A stretch of DNA of 64,000 nucleotides from the human T2T-CHM13v2.0 reference genome, Homo sapiens: NCBI RefSeq assembly GCF_009914755.1, contig NC_060926.1; one strand, written 5' to 3'. The translations under genes and the position numbers were made by a program. Positions 1 through 14,747 of the stretch are shown piece by piece (position 1 is the stretch's first letter; each line of letters starts with the position of its first letter). The notes below the pieces were generated by a model, which was not told the DNA's origin, did not search any database, and worked only from the letters and a program-made list of their open reading frames with translations.

Positions 1-1014
1 ATTCACCATCCATTTCATATTGGACCCTTGCCAGGTCACTCTCTACTTATAGAAGAGAGATGCCCTTTCCCTGCTGGGCTGGCCAGTGTTGAGCCTACTA
101 GTGTCATTTCAGTCAAATCTACTCAGTCTCTCTACAAATGACTTAGTCATGGTGAACTGCTTTGGGGGTGAATGAAGTCTATTAGACAGTAGATTGCTTA
201 AGCAGCTCTTCTCTGTGGGACTGACCTTAGAACAGAATGATCAGGAAACCTGAGAAGATCAAGGAAAGTGCAAATCCTGGATACGGCTGTAGAGATGATC
301 TAGGATAACGGACTCACTGAAAGATATAGCACCAAAGCTGCCCACAGAGGTGAGCTGGCAGGGCATGTAAAACCTCAGATAGCCACAGGCAGTAAGAACT
401 GCTCAGTCAAACTAGGACTGAAGCTGAACTTATGTGATGGTGGTACTAGGGAAAGATGAAGGCATATGTTGTTGAATGGAGTGAATGAGATAAAGATGCA
501 GCCTCCTCCTTTGTCTCTGATCCAGCAGAAGGGGGAAAAAAATTTAACTGCTATTCTTTCTGGGTAATACACAGATAATTTATAGGTTTTTGAATTATAA
601 GATATGAAGGGTAACTAAATTCGTATGCAGAACAGATAAATCATCTCCTTCCTCTAATCATTCTTCCTTCTCATCTTATCCTTCCCCCCTGCTCTCTCTT
701 CAGATCCAAAAGATCATATATAGTCTAGCCTCAACAAATTAGGTTTTTTGGACATACTATGCTTTTTTACATCCTTGTGTCTTGGTACGTATTGTTTTCT
801 GAGCCTAAAATGGCTTCACTCTCCTTCTCTATCTTGAAAAATCCAATCTAATTTTCAGAAGCCAGCTCAAGTTTATCTTCTATAAAGTCTTTTGAGACTC
901 CCTAGATTGAGTAAGCAGCATCTTAATTATTCTACCCACATATGGTGCTTGTGCTTCTAGTATATCACTTACCATATTATGTTCTAATCATATGGTAGGA
1001 AAATACTCGGAAAG

Positions 1015-1440
1015 GTTATCTGACTGAGGATTAGACTCAGCTGCATGTACCAGTGGCTTGAAGAAGATGGAAGTTTATTTCTCTCTCTTAGTAAGGAAGA
1101 TTAGGGGGAAGCAGACTAGAGCTGGTCTGGCAGCTTTGCAATGTCATAATGAATCCAGTTTTCTGTCTGTTTGCTTTGTCGTATTCAGCTCATAGTTTTC
1201 ACTTTCAAGTTCATCTGATGTCCACAATGGCTGCTCAAGCTCTAGCCATCATACCCATGCTCTAAAAAGAAAGAAGGGGGAAGGAGAAGAATGGCATGTC
1301 TCCCCTCTTTTAAGGAGACTTTCTGGAAATACCATATAATACTTCTATTTATATATCATTGACTAGAACTTGATCACAGAACCACATCTAGCCGTAAGGA
1401 ACTCAAGAAATTGTAATCTTTATTACGGCAGCAGTATGCT
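1015..1440 (-). mobile_element. Old MaLR LTR fragment (MLT1J/K-like)
   Basis: Motifs 'cagtggcttgaagaagatggaagtttatttctctct' and 'atcacagaaccacatctagccgtaaggaactcaagaaattgtaatc' resemble the reverse strand of MLT1 LTRs. Boundaries approximate. Confidence 0.55.
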
Positions 1441-2514
1441 GAAATAAAAATTGTACTATAAGAAATGAGAAGATAATGGATATCGAGGGGCAAATTGCGA
1501 TCACATTATCTGATGTATATTTATTTCTGGTAATTCTTGCTGCTTCCCATTCCTCTGCCTATTGAATCTGAGCAATCCATGGCTTTAGGAAGCAGTTAGA
1601 ATCAAGGTAAAATCAAGGATCACATATGATGGCTTTAAAATTTACAGCCATAATTCATGTGTGCAGAACTGTCACTTTCTTCATTTTCTGAACTTGAGTT
1701 GCCGACAAGCCCTTATTTCCATGTATTGCTAGAAAAAAGTCTCATCAATTAAAGGTAATATAGTCACTTCTGTTTTGAAATCAGATCTCTTCGTGGTATT
1801 CAAGCAAATCAGGGCTCTTACCCCATCCCCACCCCTCTTTTTTTTTGCCCTCTCACCAAGAGGTTGTCTGCTTACCTAAAGTTCTTTCTGCCATTCTCTC
1901 ATTCTCTCGGACATCCAATTATTAGGTATGGTATATGTCTGTCTCCTTCTCTACCCAGGAACTTCACGGAGTCTGGGACATTGTTTTGACTGTCTGACTT
2001 TCTCCAGTGCTTATTGCAGAAGTTGATACATAGGAGATAGTTAAAAATGTGACTATGAATTTATGAGTACACTTTAAATGCATCACATAATTAATCCAAA
2101 TGGTACCATAATGATCTGAAAATCCTGTACAATTAAACGTCTATTTCACTAAAGCCCCTAGCACTATGTTTAGAGCTTTCTTATAGCACTAATAATCCTC
2201 AGCTCTGTTATAGTAGTTTGTGTGCTTGCCTCACCCCTCATTAGGGTGTCTGCTTCTTGAAGAATGTTCCTGATCTTTGTAACTTTCACAGGTCCTGAGA
2301 AGGCCAGGGACATAGTAGGTCTTCAGTCAATGAAAATGAATGACTACAGGAATAAGGGTTGGCACTTTATAATCTACCACTAAAAAATGACTCTCATATG
2401 AGAACAAACAGATTTTATTAGAGCTATTTAGAATGATATCAATAAAAACAAGTTGATATTTTGCCTTTAATGAAATTCTTCTTTCTTAAGAAAAAATTGC
2501 TGTTATTTTTTCAG

Positions 2515-2580
2515 AAATCCTCCACCTACTTTACTTCATCCAGAAAAATGGTGTGAAGAATTCAACCACTTTATTTCACA
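2515..2580 (+). CDS. MYO3B: MYO3B coding exon (~exon 8, 66 nt, phase 2-2): (R)[21 protein letters not shown](Q), kinase subdomains X-XI
   Basis: Acceptor ttttttcag at 2506-2514, donor gtgagt at 2581. NPPPTL..P..W...F..FI is typical of STE20-family kinases. Frame joins the next exon (ca|g = Gln). Confidence 0.93.
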
Positions 2581-3582
2581 GTGAGTATTTCTTCCACTAA
2601 AAATTGCCCATCTAGCAAGGCCTTGAGCAGTGATTGGAGAAATCCAGGCTGTGGAATTTACTTGACACTAGAGGTTGTTATGCCTGTTAGCACGTTATGA
2701 CTCGGGGTTTGTTCTAGTAAATGATAGAAGATGCCTTTGCAAGATGTGAAAAGTAAGGCGTTCCATTTGACTCTCAGTTATAATAAGTCCTTCTTATCAT
2801 ATGGGTCACATTTATCTGAGAACCTACTTTGTCTTAGGGCAAATATTGACAACTTGTCATGTTTAATGGGGAGAGATGAAACATCTAAAAATCTGATGCC
2901 TACATTAGGACCAAAGAGAAGACAGAAGGTAGCAGCCTCCAACAGAGTTTTTGCAGTGTGAAAGTTGGGCTTCCTCTAGGATCTGTGGCATGGGAACAAG
3001 GGTCCAGTTTCCAAGATGATAGAGGGACAAAGTAGAATCTCAGGCTTGGGGTACCAAGGTAAGGTATCCCAGCCAAGGCTCAAGGTATGAGGAACAAAAT
3101 GAAGGCCAAGATGATGGTGTGACATACCTGGTAGGAGCTATGTCACTAGGCAAGTATTGCTGGGACTCAGACAGGAGCAGAATCAACAGTGAAACCAATA
3201 GTGGCTCAGTGCTGGGGTCATGGGCTTTTGGACCACACTGGTCCTAAGTCTGAGAAAGATACTCAGACTACTGGAGGAGGTTACAGGGCCCCAAGCTAGG
3301 GGCCTGGTGAATTGAGGGGACAGGAATCTAGACCAGGCATTACCAACCATACCAAGGCAGAGGAGCTTGGAAGAAGTCCTGTAGGATCTAGTATATGAAA
3401 CAAGGTGTTCAGAGGTCGTGGGAGGAGAAAAGAAGTGACCAAATTAGCTGATAAATAAGAAGTGGGGAAGGGTCAACACAAATTTTTCTAATTTATGCCT
3501 CTGTGCAAACTTAGCTTTCACAAAGAAGCCAGGCAATAAAGCAAAGTGGGTCTTTTGATCATCTTCCTTAATAAATCACAAT

Positions 3583-3942
3583 ACAGATCAACAATCTCTT
3601 ATCCGTATTTCCAAAATCCAAAGAGCTCCGAAAGATAAAAGTTCTTTTGTAGTTGAGTCATTTAGCAGCAAAACCTAACCTTATGTGAACTGATTTGATG
3701 GTAACATATGACCTTAACTGTGAGGCTATTTATAGTTGTTATTCATCTTACTTGATGTGAATATTCATGTGTTTGGCAGCAGATATATTTGTTTGATTAT
3801 AGTGTGCTGCCCCATATCCTGCTGGGGCTGTTACATAATATACAGTAAATGTACCAGTTTACCTTTGTAAAATTTGATAAAATTCTGAATTCCAAAATAC
3901 ATTTGGCCCCAGGGGGTTTGTGTAAACAGCTATGAACCTATA
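3583..3942. mobile_element. TcMar-Tigger-type MITE (degenerate)
   Basis: Begins ta|cagatcaacaatctcttatccg and ends ...ctatgaacctata: loose inverted termini with TA flanks. Subfamily not assigned. Confidence 0.45.
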
Positions 3943-4715
3943 TTTCAGTTTCATTTTCATTTCAAATGTAGTATAGTTCAGGGTCCCTGAATTTGTTTGC
4001 TTTTCCTATCCCTCCTGGACTTTTGCCATGTTCCTCAGGAAAGGGGAGTGGAAAAGAACTCAAAGACCCCTGCTAAGAAAGACTGTGTTGGAACATGACC
4101 ATGAAGTTGAAGGTCAGGGGTGGAGGGTATCTCGTTGCCCCTTTAGCCCCACGTTGACATTTTTGTCCTGGCTGCAGAATGCACTAGGAGCAGCCACCAG
4201 TCAAAGGTGATGGTGTCAGGCCATGTTGAGAGGAAAAACAGATACTTGTAGGAGGGATGATGCTCACATAAGAGCAGTGGAAGAGCCACTTCCAGAGGTT
4301 TGGGACCCAAAAGAGTAGGTGGAGGGAACTAAAGGGCTGAAGACATGCTGGTAGCTTGGGACCACATTTCAGACCACCCCAAGGAAACAAATCTGGGAGC
4401 TAAGGTTCCAATGATTTTGCTGGTAAAGGCTGAATCCAAAGATTTTTCCTTTTCATTTCATTGCCACACACAGATACCCTTGATTGACCTTGTCTAAGCT
4501 GTTGTCCTAGAAAAATCCATTACATATTCACTAATATGCCTTCCCATACCAAACTCTCCTGATGCCTCTAAAAATGTGATTTGACTCACAAAACTTTGGC
4601 TTCTGTATACTTTTTCAAGAGTATGTTCGTAATCATAAACTAAGCTCGGTGTTCCTTGGATGGATTTGAGAATAAAGGTATATAATTGATGACAGAGATT
4701 GGACTGTACACAACG

Positions 4716-5164
4716 CAGTTGACTCTTAAACAATGCAGCGGTTGGGGTGCTGACTACCCCCCACCTTATGAAGTCAAAAATTGCCTATAACTTTTGACTC
4801 TCCAAAACCTTAACTACTGATAGCTTACTGTTGACTGGAAGCCTTGCTGATAACATAAACTGTTGATTAATACATATTTTATGTGTTATATGTATTATAT
4901 ACTGTATTCTTACAATAAAGTAAGCTAGAGAAAAGAAAATGTTATTAGGAAAGTCATAAGGAAGAGAAACGTGCTTACTGTTCATTACTTGGAAGTGGAT
5001 CATAATAAAGGTCTTCATCCTCATCTTTTTCACGTTGAATAGGCTGAGGGGGAGGAAGAAGAGGAGGGGTTGGTTCCGCTGTCTCAGGGTTAGCAGAGGT
5101 GGAAGAAAATCCATGTATAAGTGCATCCATGCAGTTAAAATCCATGTTGTTCAAGGGTCAACTA
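4716..5164. mobile_element. Tigger2a/MER28-like DNA transposon MITE
   Basis: Terminal inverted repeats cagttgactcttaaacaa ... ttgttcaagggtcaact. Internal 'taacttttgactctccaaaac' and 'taagctagagaaaagaaaatgttatt' are typical. About 450 bp. Confidence 0.8.
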
Positions 5165-5691
5165 TGCAGAAATTCCTCCCTAAGATAGTTCCTTATGGCA
5201 AATCCTATTATATGCCAATTCAAATCTGCTATGTTTTTCCCAATTCTGAGAATTTCAGATGCACTCATTCTGAGTTGCAAAAGGTCTTGAATACTAGAAT
5301 GGAGGGCTAAACACAGAAAACAATGCCTTTGAGTATGCATACTGTCAGGAGCAAAGCAAAAAGCATCCTGTTGTAATTGCAAGGGAGGGAGAGTCTGGAA
5401 AGTTTATAATGAGTCAGGAAGGCAATTAGAAATTAAGTGATTATGTGGTTTAGTACTAGTTTAAGATGGAAATATGTCATCAGTCTTCTTTTTTGTTTAA
5501 TGAGTTGTCTTTACGGTTTTTTATTAGTGAAAAATTTTATATAATAGGTGTTTATAGATTCCTTCTTGACCTCAGCCCTCCAATCCTGTTTTCCCATAAC
5601 ATCTTAGGTGCTTCAACCATAAATTCTTCTGCAATATTTTTGGGAATATTTCTCAAAATTGGGAACTGATTATTATATTATATATCTTTAA

Positions 5692-6069
<378 letters not shown>

Positions 6070-7561
6070 TGATACTAGGCTGCCATTACTCAGCCTATCA
6101 AATGCAGTTTGACCAAATGCTGTGCATTATATTTATTCAAATCTCTAATTCAGTATAAACAATGATATTCACTGGGTTTGAAATGTCTATTTAAAGAGAG
6201 AGCCTTAGTTTGTTTTTATACTTATCTTGCTCATATTAGGAGTCAAGGGAAAGAAAGATGGAGGATTAAGACCTTCAGATTATAAGCTTTTCATTATTGG
6301 AGGGACTGGGCTGGAGAAGATGATTATCTGGTAATTTTAGGAAAAGTTTCTTTTAACCTGAATTATACAGATAATTGCTTCAGTTCCCTTTGTAAACCAA
6401 GACATAGTAAATCTAACTGTTTCTCTTTAAAGAATAAATAGGACAAAAAGTTCCTTAACGGCTTTAAGACCTTTAATACTTTGTCCTCATGTGACTACTG
6501 AGCCGTAACAGAGTCGATTCAATACTCTAGGTCTTTTTTAGTCCATGCTGGTCACTACCCACCAAAAGATTTCGTATTGACTGCTGCAGGGATCTGAACA
6601 AGTTGGTCTGGCTGCAGCCTAGTGATTATAGCTATGTAGACAGGGCACAGTGGGGTGTGTGTGTGCACGTGCATACGCGTGTAGGAGGGCCAGGAAGGCA
6701 GGAAATCAGGAGCACTGGGGATGTGGCTTAGTGTGTTTCAGATTTATTTCCAGCCTCCTTAATTTAGAGATAGTAAGAGAGATTTTTTAAAACATCTAAA
6801 AGTCTGAAATACTATTAGTAAACCTGTTTGGGGGTTTTAAAAGAAGCATCAGCCTGTTTGGTTCTGAAGCTTTGGTTGTTAGTGATAATTGATTCATTTA
6901 TATTCATTAGTTATGCGTTTGTCAAAGCATGATTCCTGACAGCTTAGTTATGATAAATTAAATGCAATGCTCACATAAATTCTGCACTGCTTTTCATCCA
7001 TATGCTAGGACCCTGCTTGATGTGTTTTGTCACCTCTATAATGTGTGGTTGGCTTTGTAGAGATTTCATTATCAGCCCTTTCCCCTACGACTAAAGCTAT
7101 TTGCATAACAAGTTTATCTGGTTCAAGTACCAGCCAGACTTCTGCTTTGTCAGGAGGCTCCATTCAGAAGTAGCCTTTTGATAAGATAAAAATAATTTTC
7201 ATTTTGTCAACTTCACCTTGGTCCTAATGGATGTCACTTTTCTTTTTAAGTTCAAGCTAATTTCAGGTCTTTGGAATCAACTACAAAAATACTTACCAAG
7301 TCATTGGTCACAAGGTATTTGTGAGCTATGCTTTCTCATTTTGCCTCTATAACTTTAGTGGTTTTTTAGGAATTAAATTTAGGACCTCATCATCAGTGGT
7401 CCTTGAGCCGATTATTGAGACAATCAAGATGGATTTCTCTTGGTCAAGGGCAATTCCACCAATAGCATCACGGCTGCTCAGCTTTGGATTTAATGATGAC
7501 TTGAACTACATGGTCACCTGCACATGAACTGTTCTTTCTTGAGGTGGCTGGCTTGGGTAGT

Positions 7562-8037
7562 ATAGGGGAGAAAAAGTAATATCTTTTCATCACCTACTGT
7601 GAGGTTAATGGCTGACATTCCTATAACAAAAGACAGATTAACAAAAGAAAAGTGGAACAAATTTATTTAATGTAAGTTTTATGTGACACAGGAGCCTTCA
7701 CTCAAAAACCGAGTGAAAACTACTTTTGTGGTTAGGTTTAATGAATGATGGACAGTTGTATAGAAGTATGATTGAACAAAAAAGGCATATGATCTAATGG
7801 TAATAAACTGGGGAAAACTTAGCAAGTCCTCAGATTCTTCTCAGCCTCTCTGTGTAACATTTCTTCCTTCTGATTATATGGCAGGTCACCTGTCACATGA
7901 GGATCTTCAAGAGAGAGAGGGTGGGAGAAGGTCAGAGGGACCTTTCTGTTTTTGTGGTTTTCTTAATTGCCTTCTGCTTAAAATACTCAGTATGCTGAGG
8001 GGCCATATTTTGGGGTAGCATTTCCTGAACTGCATCA
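7562..8037 (-). mobile_element. Solo ERV1-class LTR (MER34/MER39-like)
   Basis: Reverse strand begins tgatgcagttcaggaaatgctaccccaaaatatggc (MER34-like 5' end), has AATAAA (+ strand tttatt at 7662-7667) and a U5-like cttttgttaatctgtcttttgtta. Confidence 0.7.
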
Positions 8038-9609
8038 GCATCTAGCATACTGGTGTGTCTATTTCTCATTTCTCGGAGTGAGCATTGTGGCTGAGCCCTG
8101 CCATTTAGTCATCAAATGTTGAAGCAGTCTTTCCTAGCCCTCTAAATGACATTCAAATGGGTATAAGCAGTTGCCCTGAATGTTAACAAGATAAGATCAT
8201 TCTGAGCCCTAAAACTACTAAGACTAATGGTCATTTGCATATGTTTATTCTTTAAAAATTGAAACTCAGATCTGGAACATTTGCGTTCACTGTAGGCCTG
8301 AATGCTGATAAAGCTAACCATTTTGGGGTGGTTGTTTGCTTGACATTGATTGTATTTCCCTGAAGGCAACAATTCTCAGCTCTTAGCCTTTCTCCATTTT
8401 GTGTTTCAAGGCTGCTTAATTCCACATGGCTTTATAGTGTCAATGAACAACACACTTGCAGTGATAAATATTGTAACTCAGTGATGAAGTTTCACAGATA
8501 TTCTTGGCTATTTACGTCTTGTCGGATTCTCAGGAGGCCATGCAAAGGGTTAATACTTCCTAGAGTAGAAGGATACAATAACCTTTATTTACATTACTTC
8601 ACAAATTCATAATTTTAATTAAAATGAGCAGTGGTATCTCTAGTGACAGACTCTCTCCATTTTAGATTTATTTAGGCAGTGATTAGCTATTATGATTTCT
8701 TGAATTAATTAGCATCTCTTGAGCTACAGGGAATTAGTGAATTAATAAAAACTCATGGAGAAGCTCAAAATTAACACAAAAAATAAGTTAACCCCCCCCA
8801 AATTATCCACTCCTCACTTAACATACATTGATCAATATACTTATAAATGCAACTCAAATCCTTTCTTATTTTGAAATATTGGGATTTTGTTTTCATGAGA
8901 AGAACAAATAAAGCTATGTGTGAACTTCAAGGTTATATCTCCCTGAAGAGCGTCTAATTTAGATTACCTAATAGATCATCTAAACACACCAAGGGCCTGA
9001 TTTGATCTCACTTATACCCTACTTATAAAGTCACCTGATAAAATCTGATTTTCTCATAGTGTAAACCAGGAAGCAGCTGAGTGTGACTTGAAGTTTAAAA
9101 CATGGTACCCACATATACCTGGAATATACTAGGAATATATCCTGTCTTCTCAGGAACCATGGTAATGTGAGAGAAATGAAGGTTTAGCGTCATATGAAAT
9201 AAGAAAAAGGCATAGTAACGTGGGTAATCTAGACTGTTGTCAGCATATCCTGTTTATTTCCTGACAGATGCTGGGTTTAAATCTTGTGAGAAACCAGATC
9301 TGTGGCATATGTCATAGATTTTATGTTAGTGCTTGTGGCGCATTATATTAGCTGACTTTTGTAGCTGCTGTGGATTCATTAAGTTATGTCTGTACCATTT
9401 TCTCCATACTGGCTTTTCTTTCTTCTTTTAAAAAAAATTACACTTGATTTTCATACTGTGAATCAAAAAGACTCTGTAATTGAAATAATAGAAAGTGAGG
9501 GTGAGTGCTGCATTGTCTGTGTGTGCTTGTGCCTGGAGGTGGTGGCTCACACATTCGCCTCTCCCCAGAGTGCCGCCTGGATCATCACCAGGAAGAGGCA
9601 GCTGTGGAA

Positions 9610-9985
9610 GAGCTGTGCTATAGTGTGTGTATCCAGCTGTGTCACTTACTGGCTGTGTAATCTTGGAAAGATATTTAACCTGTCTGACCGCCAGTCCTCA
9701 GTTGTCAAATTGGGGCTAGAGTAGTATCGCTGTGAGGATTAAATTACATAATGTATATGTAGCACTTGACAAATAATAATAATAATTAACATATATAACT
9801 CTTATGCTAGGCACTGTTCTCTACATGTTGTATAATTTACTTAATCCTCATGATTCTATAAAGTAGTTCTAATTTTATAGAAATTGAGGTAAAAAGAGGC
9901 CAAGAGTCCCAAGACCACAGCTAGTACATGGTGGAGCTGGGATTTGAACCCCAGAAAACTTGTTCCAGAGTTCACGCTCAACCAG
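9610..9985. mobile_element. Two MIR SINE fragments in opposite orientation
   Basis: MIR core 'cacttactggctgtgtaatcttggaaagatatttaacc...gtgaggattaaat', followed by reverse 'ctaggcactgttct...taatcctca...ggagctgggatttgaaccc'. Confidence 0.7.
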
Positions 9986-10153
9986 CAGTAGAGGTTATTT
10001 TTATTACCCTTTGCATTTGGTCTGTGCTGCTATTCTGAAACTGTGTTTTGAAAGTGGCAATGACTTTCTCTTCTTTGACACCAATGTGCTGTTTCAATCT
10101 GTTGTCCACTGTCTCTTTATTTAGACTTCAGCTCACTTACTTCCACAGTTCGG

Positions 10154-10160
<7 letters not shown>

Positions 10161-10208
<48 letters not shown>
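10161..10208. repeat. (CA)~24 microsatellite
   Basis: Perfect AC dinucleotide run. Confidence 0.97.
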
Positions 10209-10210
<2 letters not shown>

Positions 10211-10286
10211 CTCTCCACCCCTTCTCAATGGCAACAGCTCCCTCCACCTGAAAGAATTGGCTGCAACAGGAGTCAAGGCAGAGTCA

Positions 10287-10573
10287 AGCCAGATGTGGTA
10301 GGCTTACGACTGTAATCCTAGCACTTTGAGGGGCTGAGGTGGGAGGATCACTTGAGACCAGGAGTTTGAGCCTGGGCAACAAAGTGAGCCTGTCTCTACA
10401 AAAAATTTAAAAATTAGCCAGGCATGGTGGTGTGTGCCTATATAGTCCCAGCTACCAAGGAGGCTGAAGCAGGAGGATCCCCTGAGCACAGGAGTTTGAG
10501 GTTATAGTGAGCTAATTGTGCCATTGCACTCTAGCCTGAATGATGAAGAGAGACCTTGTTAAAAAAAAAAAAA
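10287..10573 (+). mobile_element. Alu (AluJ-like)
   Basis: Diverged Alu dimer with 'cctgggcaacaaagtgag', 'ggaggatc...gagcacaggagtttgag' and a poly-A tail. Confidence 0.92.
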
Positions 10574-11009
10574 TCGACTCAGGCTCACCTTCACTTCTTT
10601 GCTCTGCAAACAAACCTTCCCCACCTGGCCCAGGTAACACCTTCTCCAAGTTGAGCATCTCTCTCTGCTGTCAGCCAGCCACAGGCTTCTCCATGGGGAA
10701 GGAACAGTGGGAAGGAAAATGGGTGTCTGGACACTGAGAGGCAGAATCCACAGTGCTTGGCACCTAACTATGGGAGGAGACAGGTACTACAGAGAGAGAA
10801 GAGTTAAACATGACTCCAGTGTTTTCAGCATGGAAACAGGGCTTTTTGGAAAATATATATTGGAGAGATTAAGAGCGTAGGGTCTAAAGTCAAATTGTAT
10901 TCTAGCACTGCTAATTAGATTTTTGGCCTTGAACAAGTCACTTAACTTTTCTGAGCCTCAATTTCCTCATCTGCAAAATGAGAATAACAATGCTTCTATA
11001 ATAATAACT

Positions 11010-11760
<751 letters not shown>

Positions 11761-12790
11761 AGTAAAGGGGAGAGTGTCTGGACAGGAAGCAGTCTGCATC
11801 ATGCTACTTTATAGTGTGACTGAGAGAATTAAGTGAGATACAGAATGAAAGCTCAGCAAATACTAGTGATAAGAATAGTATTATCAAATAAGTAGTATCA
11901 AATGACAGTGATGAATACTATAACTCACAATAATGATGCCATCCAAAGAAATGTAAGAGTCAGGAAGGAGAAACTGTAGGGCCCCGGGGGGATGAATCAC
12001 AACAGAGAGGATCTTGAGGAGTAGCTGTCAGGATCCCTCTGAACCCCAGGGCTGATCTGTGGCCTGTGGGATGAGATGAGGAAAGTAAGGACAAGGTGGG
12101 AGCAGTAGTGTGGCCATGTTGACACCTTTCCGGGTCTTTGCCTAAGAGCTGTGGTGACTTCCTGGTTCAGTGCAAAGCTCCCAGCTTCTTGCCTGCTCTT
12201 CCAGTCTCTGCTGCTTCCACTGTGGCGCTTCCACAGGCTCTGGTGCAGAAGGAAATCTGGCTCTGGGTCAGTTAGAATTTTAATTAAAAATGGAAATGCA
12301 GGCTCATGTCACCAGTACTACATTCTTTCAGCCCAGTGATGATTTCTGGCAGGGATAAAAATAACAGACATAGCCCTTTGGCACTAATGAAGAAAGGGGT
12401 ATATGTGTGGGTGTGTTTTAATGAATTAAAAATTTATAACAGAAAATTTAGATATAATAAGTCATCATAGATTCTGTTGGTCTTATGTGCTTTTGGGCAT
12501 ATGTGCGGCTTCCACTGCCTTCTTAGTATTTTAATTCGGAACTTTCTAGGGTCATCAAATGCATAATATTTAGCTGTCATACCAGGTTAGTGAATGGAGG
12601 GGGAAATTTCATAATTTATTTTTAGTATGAAGGGCTATTTAATGATTTTTTGAAATAATAGTTTTATTTAAAAGCCCACATTTTAGTGAATAATGAGAAT
12701 TTTTGCCTTTAAAAGAGGCCCAAAGCTTGAACCTTCAGGCTCAAGCAGTGCTTCACACACACATACAGAAACCCTGGCTTCAATCCCCCA

Positions 12791-13196
12791 TGTCATGGGT
12801 CGAATTGTGTCCCCTCAAAATTCATATGTTGATGTTCTCATCCTCAATATCTCAAATGGGGCCATTACAGATGTAATTAGTTAAGATGAGGTCATACTGG
12901 AGTAGGATGGGCCCCAATCTAGTATGACTGGTGTATTTTAAAATGGGGCAATGTGTACACAGACAAACAGATAAGATCATGTGAAGACTGGAGTTATGCT
13001 GTCTTAGGCCAAGAACTACCAGCAGCTAGGAGAGGGACCTGGAACAGATCCTTCCCTAGTACTTCCAGAGGGAGAATAGCCCTGCCGACATCTTGATCTT
13101 GGAAGTCTGTCCCTCAGACTGGAGACAACAAATGTCTGTTGTTTAAGTCACTTGGTTTGTGATACTTTATTATAGCAGCCCTAGGAAATTAATACA
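12791..13196 (+). mobile_element. Solo MaLR LTR (MLT1B/C-like)
   Basis: TG...CA termini: tgtcatgggtcgaattgtgtcccctcaaaattcatatgttg ... gcagccctaggaaattaataca. Near-TSD cccca/ctcca. Confidence 0.85.
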
Positions 13197-13324
13197 CTCC
13201 ATGACTGGGTAGTTACAGGACCTTAAGGCATTTGATATTCCAAGACTTTGTTTCCTAAGCTGTGGGATAGTAATATTCACCCATCTACCAGTGAGGATCA
13301 AGTGTACCTGTGAATATTGTAGAG

Positions 13325-13538
13325 CAAGCTTGTCCAATCCTCAGCCCATGGTTCTCATGCCACCCAGGACAGCTTTGAATGTGGTCCAACACAAATTTGT
13401 AAACTTTCTTAAAACACTATGAGATTTTGTTTTGTGATTTTTTTTTAAAGCTCATCAGCTATTGTTAGTGTATTTTATGTGTGGTCGAAGACAATTCTTC
13501 CAGTTGGTCCAGGGAAGGCAGAAGATTGGACACCCCTA
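13325..13538. mobile_element. MER30 (hAT-Charlie MITE)
   Basis: Termini caagcttgtccaa ... ttggacacccct. 8-bp TSD ttgtagag (13317-13324) / ttgtaaag (13539-13546). Confidence 0.85.
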
Positions 13539-13547
13539 TTGTAAAGC

Positions 13548-13666
13548 ATCACTACAATGTCAAGTATTAATATGACACCATAAAACAATCACTACAATGT
13601 CAAGTATTAATATGACACCATAAAACAATCACTACAATGTCAAGTATTAATATGAAACCATAAAAC
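13548..13666. repeat. Minisatellite, 3 x 40 bp
   Basis: Unit atcactacaatgtcaagtattaatatgacaccataaaaca starts at 13548, 13588 and 13628. One internal mismatch in copy 3. Confidence 0.97.
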
Positions 13667-14452
13667 CATACTGTATTTTCTTCCCTCCCTACCTTCCTTT
13701 TTCTCTCTTTCATTTTATTTTTTGTTTAAATATGTGTCATAAGGGTTTATGTTAAATTCCTCCTCCTCAACCAACTGCACAGTAGTAAAAGTGGGGAATT
13801 TCTGTAATCATCAATGATTTGCTGGCCTTTATAGAGGACTTCAGGAACTAAATATATACTGTACATTAAGATTTCTTGGTAACAAGTATCTCTCCATGAG
13901 GAACAAATTATAGAATGAGATGGCCAATTAGTGTCATCTTGCATCCCAGCACTGATCAACTGATCACCTCCCTGCAATGCTGTGTTAAGGAGGATTCTGA
14001 CACTGCATCTAGGATAGAGCATCATGATCGCTTAGTGACATTTACTATGGGTCTGAACTGGATCAATTGTAGCTCATACTTTTGTGGACCTGCAGTTTAC
14101 ATTTCTTTTTAATTATGACCAAGTTCTTTGTTATGTGAAAATCTTTATTCATGGCAAAATTCATTTAGCCAATGAAAGCAAATTGGCATATGTTCAACTA
14201 AATCAGCTGTAGCCTAAAAATACCTGAGAGCTAAAATAAAAGTAGTAGAATAAATTTGGAGTTGTCTGTGTGAGGAGTACAGATAATAATATTAACAGTA
14301 AGATTTATTTAAAGCTTACTGTCAGATGTTGTGCATCTGACATGGTGAAGTGTACTTTACTTGCATAATTTCAGTGAATCCTCACTGCTGCCATATGAAG
14401 TAGGTCACTACTCAGATGGGAAGCTGAGTTTCTTATAAATCAAGTGATGGGG

Positions 14453-14747
14453 GGCCAGGTGTGGATCACATCTGTAATCCCAGCACTTTGGTAGGCTGAG
14501 GCAGACAGATCACTTGAGGTCAGGAGTTCAAGACCAGCCTGGCCAACACAGTGAAACCCCATCTCTGCTGAAAATACAAAACTTAGCCAGGTGTGGTGGC
14601 ATGTGCCTGCAATTCTAGCTACTTGGGAGGCTGAGGCATGAGAATCGCTTGAACCCGGGAGGTTGAGGTTCCAGTGAGCCAAGATCCACCACTGCATTCC
14701 TGCCTGGGTGATGGAGTGAGACTGTCTCGAAAAAAAATAAAAAGAAA
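14453..14747 (+). mobile_element. Alu (AluSx-like) inserted in a MIR
   Basis: 16-bp TSD ataaatcaagtgatgg at 14435-14450 and 14748-14763. Confidence 0.95.

Noticed and set aside
13548-13666. Regularly spaced repeats as a CRISPR-like array
   Set aside because: Head-to-tail units with no unique spacers, in a eukaryotic intron. Reported as a minisatellite.
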